A stretch of 63,200 nt of DNA, the filler included, from Circinaria calcarea (taxonomy: Eukaryota): assembly GCA_051942165.1 (NCBI GenBank). It is 31 parts of 31 records of this genome, joined end to end, with 100 filler letters (N's around TTAATTAATTAA, not from the genome) between each part and the next. Parts side by side here need not be neighbours in the genome. Positions count along the whole stretch, not along the records: positions 22,563 to 24,507 come from JAVECS010004054.1; positions 24,608 to 26,551 come from JAVECS010004055.1; positions 26,652 to 28,595 come from JAVECS010004056.1; positions 28,696 to 30,637 come from JAVECS010004057.1; positions 30,738 to 32,677 come from JAVECS010004058.1; positions 32,778 to 34,717 come from JAVECS010004059.1; positions 34,818 to 36,756 come from JAVECS010004060.1; 24 more parts are not named here. One strand, 5' to 3'. Of the stretch, positions 22,734 through 34,819 are shown one piece after another. The notes under the pieces are model-generated. The model had not been told where the DNA came from, made no database searches, and saw only the letters and a program-made list of their open reading frames with translations. Position 1 is the stretch's first letter; every line of letters starts with the position of its first letter. The translations under genes and the position numbers were made by a program.

Positions 22734-24155
22734 CTTGGGAGCCGGACAGCAATGACATTCGGGTCTGAATAATGCCAAGGTCATTCCCTGGGGTTCGCCT
22801 CATCCCATTCGCATCTTCCACGGCCTGGACTCATGTCGACGACTAGCAGATCGTGGTATTGCATATTCGCCAAGCTGCTTGCCGCTTCGTATAGTCGTGC
22901 CATTGGGCCTCAAACCTTGACAGTTGCAAGGAAAAGCGGAGAGGAGTGCCAGGGGCGAGGAGGAAGTAAGGGAGGTGATGGGATTAGATCAACTGAATCA
23001 GCGGTTCAACTGGAGTCGAGCGAGGCCCATCTTGCCCTAACCATTGAATTTCTGAATACCACCGCCTGTTTGTTATTGAAGCCAAATTGGGAGTTGAGGA
23101 GACTTGGTTCAAGTCGATCAGTGTTCCAATTGGATCGAGCGAGGTCCAATCTTGCCCTCAATCGTTGGTTGCACTGCTGAGTGCAAACGGTCAATTCGCC
23201 GTTGGAGCACGGCTGGATGAACGCCACCAACGGGAGTAACTCTTACCCGCACAAATAAACCGGCACCGAGATTCAGAAAGCCTGGGTATAAAGCGAACAT
23301 CCAAAACAGTTCCTGGCCATTGAGTCTTGGAGTCTCGCTCCGCTTCATCGCATCTAGTTAACCCTATTGCTAAGAAGGGTATTTTCCATACGTAAGTCTT
23401 ACCCGTGCCGCCGGCTACGTTACACACCGCCCAAATCATTGGTTTGGGGAATCCGGGGTAGTCGCAGATCGGCGGTGCCTGCCTAGCGCACGTTGCAGAT
23501 ACGAACGGAGTTCTCTGCGGGGGCGGTGACAGCGCCGAATAAGTGCTATTCTAAAAGCCCTTGCGTCGAGTCGGAAATTCACCACCGCAATTTCCGATGC
23601 CAAATGACATTTTTAGCGACAAGATTTTTATCCGACAAAGCACGTGAGAAGTTACTCGTATACGGAATGCTGCATGGGGTACTTTTGAGGTGCGAAAGCC
23701 CATTGGAACCATCTAGGTGTTCAAGATTCTGCTGTGGCTGCAAAGAGAATAACTATTAACTCGGCACTACCTTGGTAAAATAAGTGCCTCACGGAGTATC
23801 TTAGTTGGGTTTCTAAAAACGACATGTTATTTACAACCCGGTAATATTTCGGTCGCATGCGCAAGCAAAATAGCAGCCGTAGAATGCGCAGGCACGCAGG
23901 GCGGGGCAGGTAAAAATACCTAATATGTAAAAAATCCGTGTTAAAATAACCAAAAGATTCACTGGCCCGAGACTTTTAGAGCCGTATGGTGGAGTTTTAA
24001 TATTGATCGAATTGGGAAGTCGCGAGAGAACACGAAAGCCCCAGCGGGGATATATACTACCCATATTAGTATTAGCGCGGGTAGCAGAATTTTCCCTTTA
24101 CCTTCGTACTTTACGAATTATATATATTATATAATATATCGATTATTATATATAT

Positions 24156-24488
24156 TGTTATGGCGTGCCCGCCATGACATGCACTAGACCCAGTTGGGAA
24201 GGACCACGGGTCGGAGGAACCTCCACCACCGAGGTGCTCATGGTGCTCATGGTGCTCATGGAGGTGAGCAAGGGGAGCAAGGTGAGCAGGGTGCTCATGG
24301 TGCTCATGGTGCTCATGGAGGTGAGCAAAGTGAGCACAGTGAGCAGAGCATTATATATAGCAGGCTATTCCCGCTCTTTAGAATAGCATGCTTATAGACC
24401 GTGTTCAATAGACTCCATACTATTGAGCCTAGGGCAACAGTTCAACTACACCCTATGTAACCGTGCTATTACCAATCGAGACTTAACA
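24156..24488 (+). mobile_element. Solo LTR (family C), 333 bp, with internal tandem repeats
   Basis: TGTTA...TAACA termini; TATATATAG box near 24352; GGTGCTCAT and GTGAGCA arrays upstream of it; inserted next to a TA-rich tract. Flanks TATAT/TATTC match only partly. Confidence 0.7.
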
Positions 24489-24607
24489 TATTCCTCATTA
24501 GGCCTCANNNNNNNNNNNNNNNNNNNNNNNNNNNNNNNNNNNNNNNNNNNNTTAATTAATTAANNNNNNNNNNNNNNNNNNNNNNNNNNNNNNNNNNNNN
24601 NNNNNNN

Positions 24608-24799
24608 ACTCTCATGTTCTTCTTCAGGAACAAACACATGATGTGTGATTTCGGCACAGGGAACAACAATAAGCTGAACTGGGTATTAGAGGATAAGCAG
24701 GAGCTGATTGATATTATCGAGACAATTTATCGAGGGGCCAAGAAGGGTAGGGGTTTGGTGGTTAGTCCAAAGGACTACTCGACAAGGTACAGGTATTAG
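24608..24799 (+). CDS. DIB1: Spliceosomal U5 snRNP protein Dim1/Dib1, C-terminal part
   Basis: MFFFRNKHMMCDFGTGNNNKLNWVLEDKQELIDIIETIYRGAKKGRGLVVSPKDYSTRYRY. Confidence 0.97.
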   Translation, partial: TLMFFFRNKHMMCDFGTGNNNKLNWVLEDKQELIDIIETIYRGAKKGRGLVVSPKDYSTRYRY

Positions 24800-25380
24800 G
24801 TGATGCATATCAAGGAAGCCTCTACAAGAAGAAGGTTCAGGAGACATATCAGCCGCAATCTCGAAAGTAACGTCGAGGAATCGGAATGAATGAGCCATAT
24901 GATGGAAATGGGAGTTTATCATGTGTGTTGAATCTGGTTGGTCTCACTCAGCTAGTACATACCAATAACAGATCTTTGCTGACCGCAACTCTCCCTGTGA
25001 AGAATGCTCTGCAGTGATCTCATCATGGAGTGCCAGAGTGGGGGCACCTCAAGATGACGACCAAACAGACAGTAAATACTGACCTAGTCTCAACATTGGG
25101 AAATCTGGAATTCAACATAGTAATGTTAGATCTCCATTATCAATGCCGCTTTCAGCAACATACAATCGATTAGACGAATCCGTGGTTTCCTTTTGATTGT
25201 ATAGCCCTTCATATTCAACTCCTCCCGCCCTATACTCCATGACTTCTTTAAGCACCTAATACGTAACCATTAATGATACACTCAAAGTACCAAATCTAAT
25301 GCAGCCAGAGACTTTATAGTAAACCCTGTATTCAGATATGGCCCCTAATTTCAACCAAATTACTTAACCCTCGCTTAAGA

Positions 25381-25467
25381 AACCCTAGCGCCAGAAAACC
25401 TATTATTTTCCTGACCATTTGGCTCTCGACGTTTAACGATGAAGTCCAGAAACCCCAATAGGGTAAG
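25381..25467. repeat. Dispersed repeat family B, diverged copy 3 (a fourth, truncated head at about 25890-25925)
   Basis: AACCCTAGCGCCAGAAAACCTATTATTTT...GCTCTCGACGTTTAACGATGAAGTCCAGAAACCCCAATAGGGTAAG. Similarity to the 17079 copy ends at the same GGTAAG. Confidence 0.75.
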
Positions 25468-25925
25468 TAAGATATAATCTACACCCGAGACCCGACTGTA
25501 ATCTACAGAAGATTGCCCGGTCAGTACACGTATGTAGACGGTTCCTTATCAGGGATTTATCAACAACAGCCAACCCTTCTTATCCCCAGAACCGGGAGTA
25601 TTCTAGGTGCACTGGCAATTACTGGATTTTTAATACGGTGCAAATCTAAGCTAACTAACTCAACTTTACCTCCAAGGACCGCACGGTTGGTGCTGCTAAA
25701 AAGCAACACCGTAAAAGAGAGTGGTATGAGAAGGGCAAGCATTTGGCTTTTAATGCTCGGTGTTATCGTGCCAAATACCTGGGCCAAGTTAGTAATTATA
25801 AAAGAAGGTGGGATGAACCCGTCCAAAAGCACTTGCCGTTCTGGCGAGGGTATGCTCCAAGAAGCCCTTCCGTTTCTTAACTACCCCCTTTAACGAACCC
25901 TTCACGCCCAAAAACTTATTATTTA

Positions 25926-26128
25926 TGTAAGAGTCTCTACCAGAGGACTCCTACGAACCCTACGGGAGAACTATACACCGAGGTCACGAGGTGTTGGTTT
26001 AGCGAGAAAGGTTTTCCTCACTCTTTAGCAATAATTCATACGCTTATGCGACCTAATTGAGCTCATTATCACACAATTCACCGACCCTTGTCGTAAGATT
26101 ATTATACTATTCGTAGAGGATCCTTACA
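25926..26128. mobile_element. LTR (family A), copy 2, 203 bp
   Basis: TGTAAG...CTTACA termini. Differs from 16640-16859 mainly by C/T and G/A transitions and one internal deletion. Confidence 0.8.
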
Positions 26129-26260
26129 AATGTAAAAAATTTATAAAAAATTTTTAAATTCGGGGTAATAACCTCTTGCTATCACGTGAGGGCTGCATTC
26201 GGAGTTTCTCGAAATGTTTCGGCGGGATGGATTGACCCGCAGCTGCGTCTTGACCTCTAG

Positions 26261-26434
26261 TTATTATACGACTACTGCATAACAATATACCTCAACCAAA
26301 CAAAAATCCCCTACGAGTGGATCAAACTAGGCGACATCGGCATCACCGGCAACGCACACTTCATGTACCTCGAGATCAACAATCTCGAGATCGTAAAGGT
26401 CGTGGAGGAGAAGATCTAGGAATTGGATTCATAA
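26261..26434 (+). pseudogene. Orphan last exon of an alpha/beta-hydrolase gene
   Basis: After a CTAG acceptor: YDYCITIYLNQTKIPYEWIKLGDIGITGNAHFMYLEINNLEIVKVVEEKI*ELDS*. The GxxGNxHFMxLExNN motif carries the catalytic His. Upstream exons are replaced by repeats. Confidence 0.65.
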
Positions 26435-27422
26435 TAACATCCCAATCGGCTGTTCACTATACGTAAAGTATGATTTTACAAAAACCATTTCATGCATATA
26501 TAAAAATTCATTGATTTGGCGCGGTACGAATATGTCGGGTTAGCATACATANNNNNNNNNNNNNNNNNNNNNNNNNNNNNNNNNNNNNNNNNNNNTTAAT
26601 TAATTAANNNNNNNNNNNNNNNNNNNNNNNNNNNNNNNNNNNNNNNNNNNNCTCTGCTCTTATTTAGTATTCTATCCCCTTCCCCCCTTACTCCCCCTTT
26701 ACTGCCCCGGCGCTATGGGGATACATATTACACTCCGTACAAAATACATCCCGTACAAGCGAGGATAGTGATAGTGACAGTGATATTGATATAGACACGA
26801 TATGGAATGAAATGAAAAAAAGGGATAGAGAAATGAGAAATGAAAATACCCCCCTCTCCCCGAGGGTTGGGTTGGCGTAGCGCGGCTTTTTGTGCTGGAA
26901 AAGGGGCGAAAAAATTGGGGAAGTTGAAGGGGTGAAGGGGGAAGGGGGAGAGGTTAAAGGAAAAGGAAGGTGGAAAAGAATGAAGGGATAGAGGGGTAAA
27001 GGGAGAGGAGGCGGGTGGAAATTTTTAAATTCTAAGCGGGCTAATTGATTAGATATGGTACCGGCTAAACTTTAATTATTTTTAGCCCCATTCTTTTCCC
27101 GTGTGAGAGTGATTATTTCCGATATACCATTTTATATAAAAACATTATACAACACACATCACAAAACACACAAAACAGCACGATACAGACAGACAGAAGG
27201 TTCTGGCACGTTTTATTTGTTCAATGGTGAATTTTTTCCAACAGCTCTCTCTCTACTCTTACATATATATATAAAATTCCGGTCCAAAGTCTATCTGTTA
27301 CATCGCCATTGGAAAGAACATAACTACCCATTCACTCCCCTGTAAATGCTCCCTCTTCTTCTATCAATTGCCCCAAGTCTCCGCCCGCTTTTTCCGTCCC
27401 CACCCCACAAACCCAATCGCAT

Positions 27423-28595
27423 TTAAAACGGTGGGGTATCAGTACCCAAGGTGACATTCTGGATCGTGCATCCCACTGTCTGGTACGTACTAGCATAGCT
27501 CCCGTCAAAAATAGCGCGTAAGAAGGCAAGCGCCCTCTCGGCTCCGTTGGTCGGCTCCGTCGTGTGCCCGCCCACGGTATTGCGCTGATACAAGATATTC
27601 GCACCAATGGCACAATATCTCTCAACCAGGGCATCCGTGTTCTCCACCCGGGAAAACTCGTCCCCGATGGCTTGGTAGGCGAAAACGGGCATCGAGGGTA
27701 CGCCGTGATAGCCCATGATGCCGTCCCGGTTGACGCGGGCTTGCACCAGGGGATTTTGTACAATGGCGGCGCCGGAGATGAAATAGTCGAAGATGTTCTG
27801 GTTGGCGTAGATGACTGCGTCGCCGATCGTGCTCTGATTGCGTGCGGCGAGGAGGCCGGTCGCGTTGTACGGTCCGGACGTCTTCAGTTGGCTGAGGAAA
27901 TACTGTTCCAAGGCAGGGTCCTGGCTTGCTAGACCACGGATACCGTTGACGACCAGGCTGGCATATGGCCCGCCGTTGACGGACTCGACAACGCTCGTAA
28001 TATTAGGTGTCAGGCCGCCGAGCACAACGCCAGCAAAGTTCATTTCAGGCGCATACTGCACTTGCAGCTCAGCAGCCCACTCACTAGCTATGGAACCGCC
28101 GGAGTAGCCTATCAACGCATACTTGGTATTGCTGTTGAGACCGAAGCCAAAGTTCAGGACTGCACGCACAGAATCGATGGTTGCGTGACCCGATTGCACG
28201 CCGGCAGCGAAGGAGGCGAGCGGGCCTTCGTAGTCTGGCACGTTCACATACCAGCCGAGACCTAGGACGGTGGGAATGATGGGATCAACCCTCCCGCTAT
28301 AAAAAGTATAGCTTGGGCTAATGTCAACACTGGCGCTATCGTCTATAGATAATTAGCCAATGCCAGGGTGAGAATATTAGTACTAACAGGCTTCTTGGTA
28401 GGAAAGAAGGACCGAGCCAGAAGATACGGTGGTGCTGTTGGTAGTGGAGTTTGTAAACCCTGTCTGTGGGATATAGAGCGTTGTGACGGCCCAGGCGGGT
28501 TTGTAGTTGCTGTCGGTCGTTCTATAGAGGATGTTGTAGGCGTCGGTGCAATTGGCGATGACCTCGGTTAATCCTTGGGCCCTACGGGCCCTGAG
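27423..28595 (-). CDS. Secretory lipase (LIP family), 5'-truncated
   Basis: YNILYRTTDS, LLSYQEA|YDSASVDISPSY (intron 28343-28387), VPDYEGP, nucleophile motif GYSGGS, AIGDE and GGHTTE. Confidence 0.93.
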
Positions 28596-28695
28596 NNNNN
28601 NNNNNNNNNNNNNNNNNNNNNNNNNNNNNNNNNNNNNNNTTAATTAATTAANNNNNNNNNNNNNNNNNNNNNNNNNNNNNNNNNNNNNNNNNNNN

Positions 28696-29677
28696 TCCCA
28701 GAATCCCACCACCCTCGCCATCAACTCTATCAATACGACCTCGGGTACTCCGTGCAGGTTGTGGTTTACCCCCTCCACGATTCCACTTCCCTCACGAATC
28801 CTTCCCACGTCCTTCCCAGAGCTGCAATATCCACCCAGGCAGGAACGAACCGATCTGCATCCCCAAACAGAAAACTAGTCCTCACAGGCCTTCCTCCCAC
28901 TCACCCCACTCGCACCCATCCTCCCAAAAGTACCCCGCAGCCTTTCATACCAGAGATCAGAGCTGAAATACTCGTCTTCCCCGTCGTGCTCCGGCCCTGG
29001 TGAAGTAGAAAGCCAACGTCTAGCACAAGTAGGCGCAGATACAGTCCCCCGTGGAAGCAGAAGGAAGAACGTCTTTGGCTCGACCAGCAGCAACGTATTC
29101 GCGGGCGAGGGCTACGTTTGCATCATAGAGACCTGGCGGGAGGTTCTCAACCAGAGCTTCGCGATCACTGACGCTAGCTTGGAAGATGCCGCCACTAATT
29201 TTTCGGCCAGGGGATTCCAGCTTCTGAAGCATGGTGAGGAGATATGAGGTAGTGCATCACATCTTGGCTACCGGTGGAATGGTCCATGAGGACAAATTTT
29301 CCCGGGGGGACGGGTCGTACGGATGTAGGTGATGCATTTGGCGATTTCTGCGACGTCGAGCGAGAGGGAGGAGGTTCCTCAACCAGAGTAGGAGGATGTG
29401 AGGAGGGGTTGGATGAGAGACCAGGTGGGAGGGAGGGAAGTGGCGAAGAGGGTGGTGTAGGAGACTGTGAGAAGACCATCGCTGAGACCGCCGATGAAGA
29501 GGAGAGTATTCTCTTGTGGGGAGGAGGCTGAGCTTGAGTAAGGATATTCGTAGGGCGACGAGATGAGGGGTCTGAAATTGTATGAGTTACGGAGAGATGC
29601 AGATAGACCCTTATGAGTAGCTTGGAACGCACATAGCGACGTAAGATGCCAGGGTGAGCGCTGAGAGTGGAGGCTAT
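28696..29677 (-). pseudogene. Pseudogene of a DUF1749 (UPF0613 / SidJ-like) alpha/beta hydrolase
   Basis: Motifs HPGILRRY|TPHLVA, LLFIGGLSDGLLTV, SSYSG*GTSSLSLDVAEIAKCITYIR, VLMDHSTGSQDVMHYL, IFQASVSDREA and EDEYFSSDL are spread over different frames. Start is ATA, there is an internal TGA at 29381-29379, and there are at least 4 frameshifts. Confidence 0.85.
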
Positions 29678-29962
29678 TGGGGATTGAGCGTTCTCCCTAC
29701 GGTACACTATTGCCAAACATTGCACGTGGGATAGAGATAAGATAAGATAAAGACAAATACGGGTGTGCCTTGCATGAACTTATGAAAAAAACTTGTTAAT
29801 GCCGGGACATGCGCTAGAGCCCGTTGTGGAGGGTTCTAACGCAAGTCATACGGATGCAAGGTTCAGCCAGTAACATGCACTCCACCGTCATTTTTTTTTT
29901 AAAAAAAATAAGAAAACCCATACGTCAAGACATATCCAGCAAAGCTCAACCAGCCTCGCGCA

Positions 29963-30637
29963 ATGGCACCTCCTTCATCCCCTCCCTCGCCATCCTCCGA
30001 ACCCCCTTCCGACCTCTTCGCCTCCCCCTCATCCTCCAAACACAACCGCACCAAACCGACCACGCAACCATCTCCAGACACGCCCGCTCCTCCCTCTCGC
30101 CAACGAGAATCCCCCAATACCGAATCCCGTGACGCCGCTCTGCGCGCCGAACTGGCCGGCGTACGCAATATCAACCAAGTGCTCGAGGGCGTTATCGAAG
30201 GCCTTGACCGGGCAAAGGCAAACATGGAGGTTTGTTCCTCCCCTCCTCTCCTCTTCCCTCATTGTCTCCGTCAGTCGTCCAGCTAATCCTGCAATGCACA
30301 AAAAGACAATCTCCACCACCGTCAACACATCCTCCCATCTCCTGCAAACCTGGACCCGCATCCTGTCCGAGACCGAGCATAATCAGCGCCTGATTTTGAA
30401 CCCGAATTGGAAGGGCGCTTCGCAAGATCTGGTGGATATGGAGAGGGAAGAAGAGTACCGAAGGGAGGAGCGCGAGAGGGAGGAGGGACGGCGGAGGGAG
30501 GCTGAAAGGAGGAGGGCAGAAGAGGAGGAGCGGAAGACAGAGGGGAAGGTATCGGGAGATAAGGCAAGCCGAGGAAGGGGCAGAGGAGTTGGGCGGAGTA
30601 AGAGTTACGTTGGGGCTGGGGGACAAAGTGCGGGGCG
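29963..30637 (+). CDS. DUO1: DASH/Dam1 complex subunit Duo1, 3'-truncated
   Basis: RDAALRAELAGVRNINQVLEGVIEGLDRAKANME|TISTTVNTSSHLLQTWTRILSETEHNQRLILNPNWKGASQD; intron 30230-30305. Confidence 0.92.
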
Positions 30638-31619
30638 NNNNNNNNNNNNNNNNNNNNNNNNNNNNNNNNNNNNNNNNNNNNTTAATTAATTAANNNNNNN
30701 NNNNNNNNNNNNNNNNNNNNNNNNNNNNNNNNNNNNNCCCCGGGTGCTCCTCCCCCCTTCCCCCCCTTCCCGGGAAAAGGCACCCACGCCGATGCAAAGG
30801 ACACATTTCGCGTGAAGGGGGAGCGGGAGCGGGAGCAGACGGCAAGGAAAAAGAAAAGAAAAGCCAGCACCAGACTACCGGACTACCAGAAGACCGCCAC
30901 CGCCACCTACCCAACACAAGCTACAAGCCACAAGCTACAAACCAGGCCAGAGAAGGGAAAGTAGAAGGGAGAAGGGAGAAAGTGTGTATAGAACTGAACT
31001 GCGCGAGTCAAGGAGAAGGGAAGGATAGGCACAAGCACAAGCATAAGGAGACGGACGTGGAAAAGGAAGAAAGGGGGATGGGATGAGGTTGAGATCCAAG
31101 AGAAGAGCAGATCAAGAGAAGCCAAGCCAAGCCAGCAAGCATATGTTATATTATGTGTTATGTTGTGAGAGAGAGGGGGTTTAGTTCGGTTCCGGCTTTG
31201 GTTTCGGTTCCGGTTTTGGATTCGGAGAGGACGAAAAAGAGGACGAAGGGGGCTTCAATTAGTTTGGTATCTTGGCTGTAAAAGAAAAGAAAAACAAAAA
31301 GGGAAAAAAAAAGGGAGGGGAGAGACAAGGGGGGGATCAGACTTCCGAGGGTTGGAGGAGGGAAGAAGGTATGAGTTGGAGCGTTTTTGATTCCCTTACC
31401 GTACAGCTTGGAAAGAAGGGGTGATTGGTGGAAAGGAACTTGATAGACGAGATTAATAATAATCTCTCTCTCTCTGTGGAATTTATGATATCGAGTCAAT
31501 AATATGTACAGAATTGAAAAAAATAATATAGACATCCAAATCCTCAGCCAGACACTCATCACAGATCCTCCCAAGCAGTCATATGCTAGACTCCCCACCT
31601 CCCACCCCAACACTCAACC

Positions 31620-32677
31620 TCAAACCCGATCCTCCACATGCCAACTCCTCCCCCCTCCACTCTCCTCGTCCAACTTGCCCAATCCATTCTCTGTATCCAC
31701 ACTTCCATCACCATGACTACTCACGCTCTCGAAGTTTTGCAACGGCAACCGGAGACTAAAACTTGTATCCGTGGCACCGCTTCCAAGAGTCTGACTCGGT
31801 GCCGAGATTGGAGTGCCACCTTGCATTTGGCGGAACGGTTGGTTAGGATTGGGGAAGCCCTCTTCGGAAGAAGGGTTTTGGTAGGAGGAGGGGATGCCGA
31901 GGAGGTGGCGGTATAAGGGGAGGAGAGTTGGAATGCAGGCGCATGCGATGCCAAGGTTGACTTCGAAGCTGAGCGAGAGAGTTAGTTAGGGCAGTTTTAA
32001 ATTTGAAGTGTGGACGAGGAGAGGGAAACTTACAGGCGCCACATGAAATTGACAATACCGCACCCTTGGCAGAATGAGTTAGTGGCGATGCTGATTTGTT
32101 TGTGATCTGGGGACTCACAAGTTAAGTCTGCCACGACGTTTTGGTAGTTCAGGATAGTTCGGACCAGAGCAGCTGTGCCGGTACTGGTGAGTAGAAATCA
32201 GCCGTCCGACACTGATGGAGAAGATCATACGGTTGGTACGCACAGTACGCCCAATCCCATAAGGGCGCACAGGCCCAATCGGACCCGGAGAGTGATCTGA
32301 ACTTTACGTAGGAGCAAGATGGGGAAAGCAGCTAGAAGGAAATCTGACCCGCACGATAGAACTATTCCGGCAGTTTAGCATCACCCTAACATGGACAGGT
32401 GCGTATCCATAATTCAAACTTACCGCCTTGCGCCATTAAGATCATCTCAACTTGTCTCATGTCCAAGCACTTTCCCTTCTTCTTAAAATCCCAAACCGCA
32501 TCAACAGGTAGGCATTGGAGGGTCCATAGGAGAGCGAGTATAACGTGTGACACCAGCATGATGCCAATAAGAAGCTGAAGTGGCCAAACAAGTCTTTTAC
32601 TGGCAGCTATGCGGAGCAGGAGCAAGGCTATAGAGACTTTGGTAACCATGAGGGTTAAGATTGTCTGTAGCCAATCA
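31620..32677 (-). CDS. PTH11-like integral membrane protein, 5'-truncated, multi-exon
   Basis: TKVSIALLLLRI, LQCLPVDAVWD, SDFLLAAFPILLLRKVQI, LMGLGVL, AALVRT and EVNLGIACACIPTL. Confidence 0.85.
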
Positions 32678-32778
32678 NNNNNNNNNNNNNNNNNNNNNNN
32701 NNNNNNNNNNNNNNNNNNNNNTTAATTAATTAANNNNNNNNNNNNNNNNNNNNNNNNNNNNNNNNNNNNNNNNNNNNC

Positions 32779-33012
32779 GGGGAGAATGACCGTACGGTCA
32801 AGTCCATCACCCAGCTTCTCTTCGAGACTTCCCTGCTGGTCTCCGGTTTCACCATTGACGAGCCCGCCGGATTTGCCGAGCGTATCCACAAGCTCGTCTC
32901 TTTGGGTCTGAACGTCGACGAAGAGGCCGAGACGAGTGAAGAGAAGGCCGAAGAGGAAGTGGCAGCTCCCGCCGAAGCTAGCGGTGAGAGTGCGATGGAG
33001 GAGGTTGACTAG
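32779..33012 (+). CDS. hsp90: Cytosolic Hsp90, C-terminus (not in ORF track on this strand)
   Basis: [49 protein letters not shown]...ESAMEEVD*. Confidence 0.98.
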   Translation, partial: GENDRTVKSITQLLFETSLLVSGFTIDEPAGFAERIHKLVSLGLNVDEEAETSEEKAEEEVAAPAEASGESAMEEVD

Positions 33013-34534
33013 ATGTTTGGCAAGGGTCTGTAATGTCTTATGCATTTCACTACTTCAGTTCATCAGCGGCTGTCTTCCTAATACCATGTGGCTTCACTAG
33101 ATCGGGCTCTGCTCTATGCTGTGATTATGTTAGACTCGGAGCAACGGCCTGACACTGCCGTGTGGACATTGTGTTGTCTTTAGCGAGTTCGAGCGTTACT
33201 CGGTAGACTGAGCGAATCAAAAGCATTGAAATCAGTTAGAAGGCGCTTCCAATCTTGTCGTGATATCACTCCTGTCGTCATGGCTGTCTCTGGCTCCCCA
33301 AGGATGGAAGCTGCCTCGTCCTCTTCGTGCTACCGGGGACTTGTGCATTGGTGGGGCAGTAGGCAAAGGGCTCGCGCCAATCACGTGATTAATATTGGCC
33401 CATCGGTAGCTGAATTTTTGGAGTCCAGAACCGGGCACACTAGGCATGTTTCTTTCGTAGCGACTTGGTTAGCCGGCGTGATGAGTTCATGCCCATCGGA
33501 TACGTCAGTGAGCTGTAGAGGAGATCTGCGTGTCGAGGTCAGGCATGTTGGCAAGGGGGAGTGATGCTCCGTCCCGGAGATTGGGGATGAGGGTGTGGAG
33601 GCTAAGCGGAGGGATAATAGATGAGCGTGTGCACGGACCAATCAATCGAGGACCAGTGCAGAGGATTTCCATTTCCTGTGCAGGACCTTGGTACGCCCTC
33701 GACTCTGTCGGCTCTCGGCGAACCCTACGAGGAGGGAGAGGCTGGGCGAATGTCGAGAGGCGCGTTAGGCTGCTGTCACTTGTCGCTGTCACCGGTGCAT
33801 TTGGAGAGCAAGTGGCCCCGAGAGCCGAGAGGATCATGTTGGAGGTAATGGATATAAATCATGCCCATCGGCAGTGTGGGAGCTTTCTGGGACGAGGCAC
33901 GGGCCAGGCGTCTCCTTTTAGTCATGCGACTCGGTTCTGATTGGCGGGGCCGGCCCTTCTGGAATGTGGATGGCGTCCGGGCTTAAAGCGGGTGATGGGT
34001 GATGATGGGTGATGGCAAAAGTCTGCCCCGCCTCCTCTGCTTCAGGCGACCTCCACCAGCCATCTCCGCGCAAAAGTGTGAGGGAGAATGGGAATCTGTG
34101 ATAGTCGATCGTAGCGTGGGGGATGCACTCCACACTCCCAAGCCACCCTAAAGCTGCCTTCTCCCGCACCCGCATGCCGACTCTCGGTCGTCCGTCCATT
34201 CACCACTCGCCGCTCACCAACTCAACCTCATCCCTCGTCCCTCATCTCCAAGCCCTCGCGAAAAGCCGAAACCGGCCTCGGCCTCGGTCGACATCACCTT
34301 TCACCACCATGGCCTCGATCGTCCTGAAAGACGAATAAAACCAGCGCCGGCCAGAGGGGAAAGATCCCATCGTCGCATTGTCATCACAATAGCACTCCCT
34401 CTCCGCGTTGGTGCCACACGCGGCGCCTACAGCAACCCCAGATCCGAGGGGGAAGAGTGAGGCTGGAGAAGCAGCCGTCGTTAGTCAGTCGACCGCCCGC
34501 GACTCGCACTCCAACCAGCTCGAGACTCCCTGCC

Positions 34535-34717
34535 ATGAACCAGGTACCAAACACACAATGGTCGCCAATGGTCTCGGGTGCAGACGAATTCGCCAACTTC
34601 CTCGAATTCAGTGATCTACAACTCGACTTCCCCGCTTTCGATCCCAGCCTCCAGGATGGAGACGACTTGTTGCAGACGGATTTGGGTGGGCCGGACACGA
34701 ATATGGAAGGTGAGGCC
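34535..34717 (+). CDS. Probable phosphate-acquisition bHLH regulator PalcA/NUC-1 (Pho4-like), N-terminus
   Basis: MNQVPNTQWSPMVSGADEFANFLEFSDLQLDFPAFD resembles the recalled acidic N-terminal motif of PalcA/NUC-1. The bHLH domain is not in the contig. Confidence 0.6.
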
Positions 34718-34819
34718 NNNNNNNNNNNNNNNNNNNNNNNNNNNNNNNNNNNNNNNNNNNNTTAATTAATTAANNNNNNNNNNNNNNNNNNNNNNNNNNN
34801 NNNNNNNNNNNNNNNNNCG

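Noticed and set aside
24165..24397. ORFs with HGAHGA/GEQGEQ or VLMVLM repeats
   Set aside because: They are translations of the tandem motifs inside the solo LTR, with no evidence of coding.
32722..33045. ORF-track entries antisense to real genes (here hsp90; also 9087-9608, 27564-27932, 53149-53472)
   Set aside because: They are shadow ORFs on the opposite strand of recognised conserved genes.
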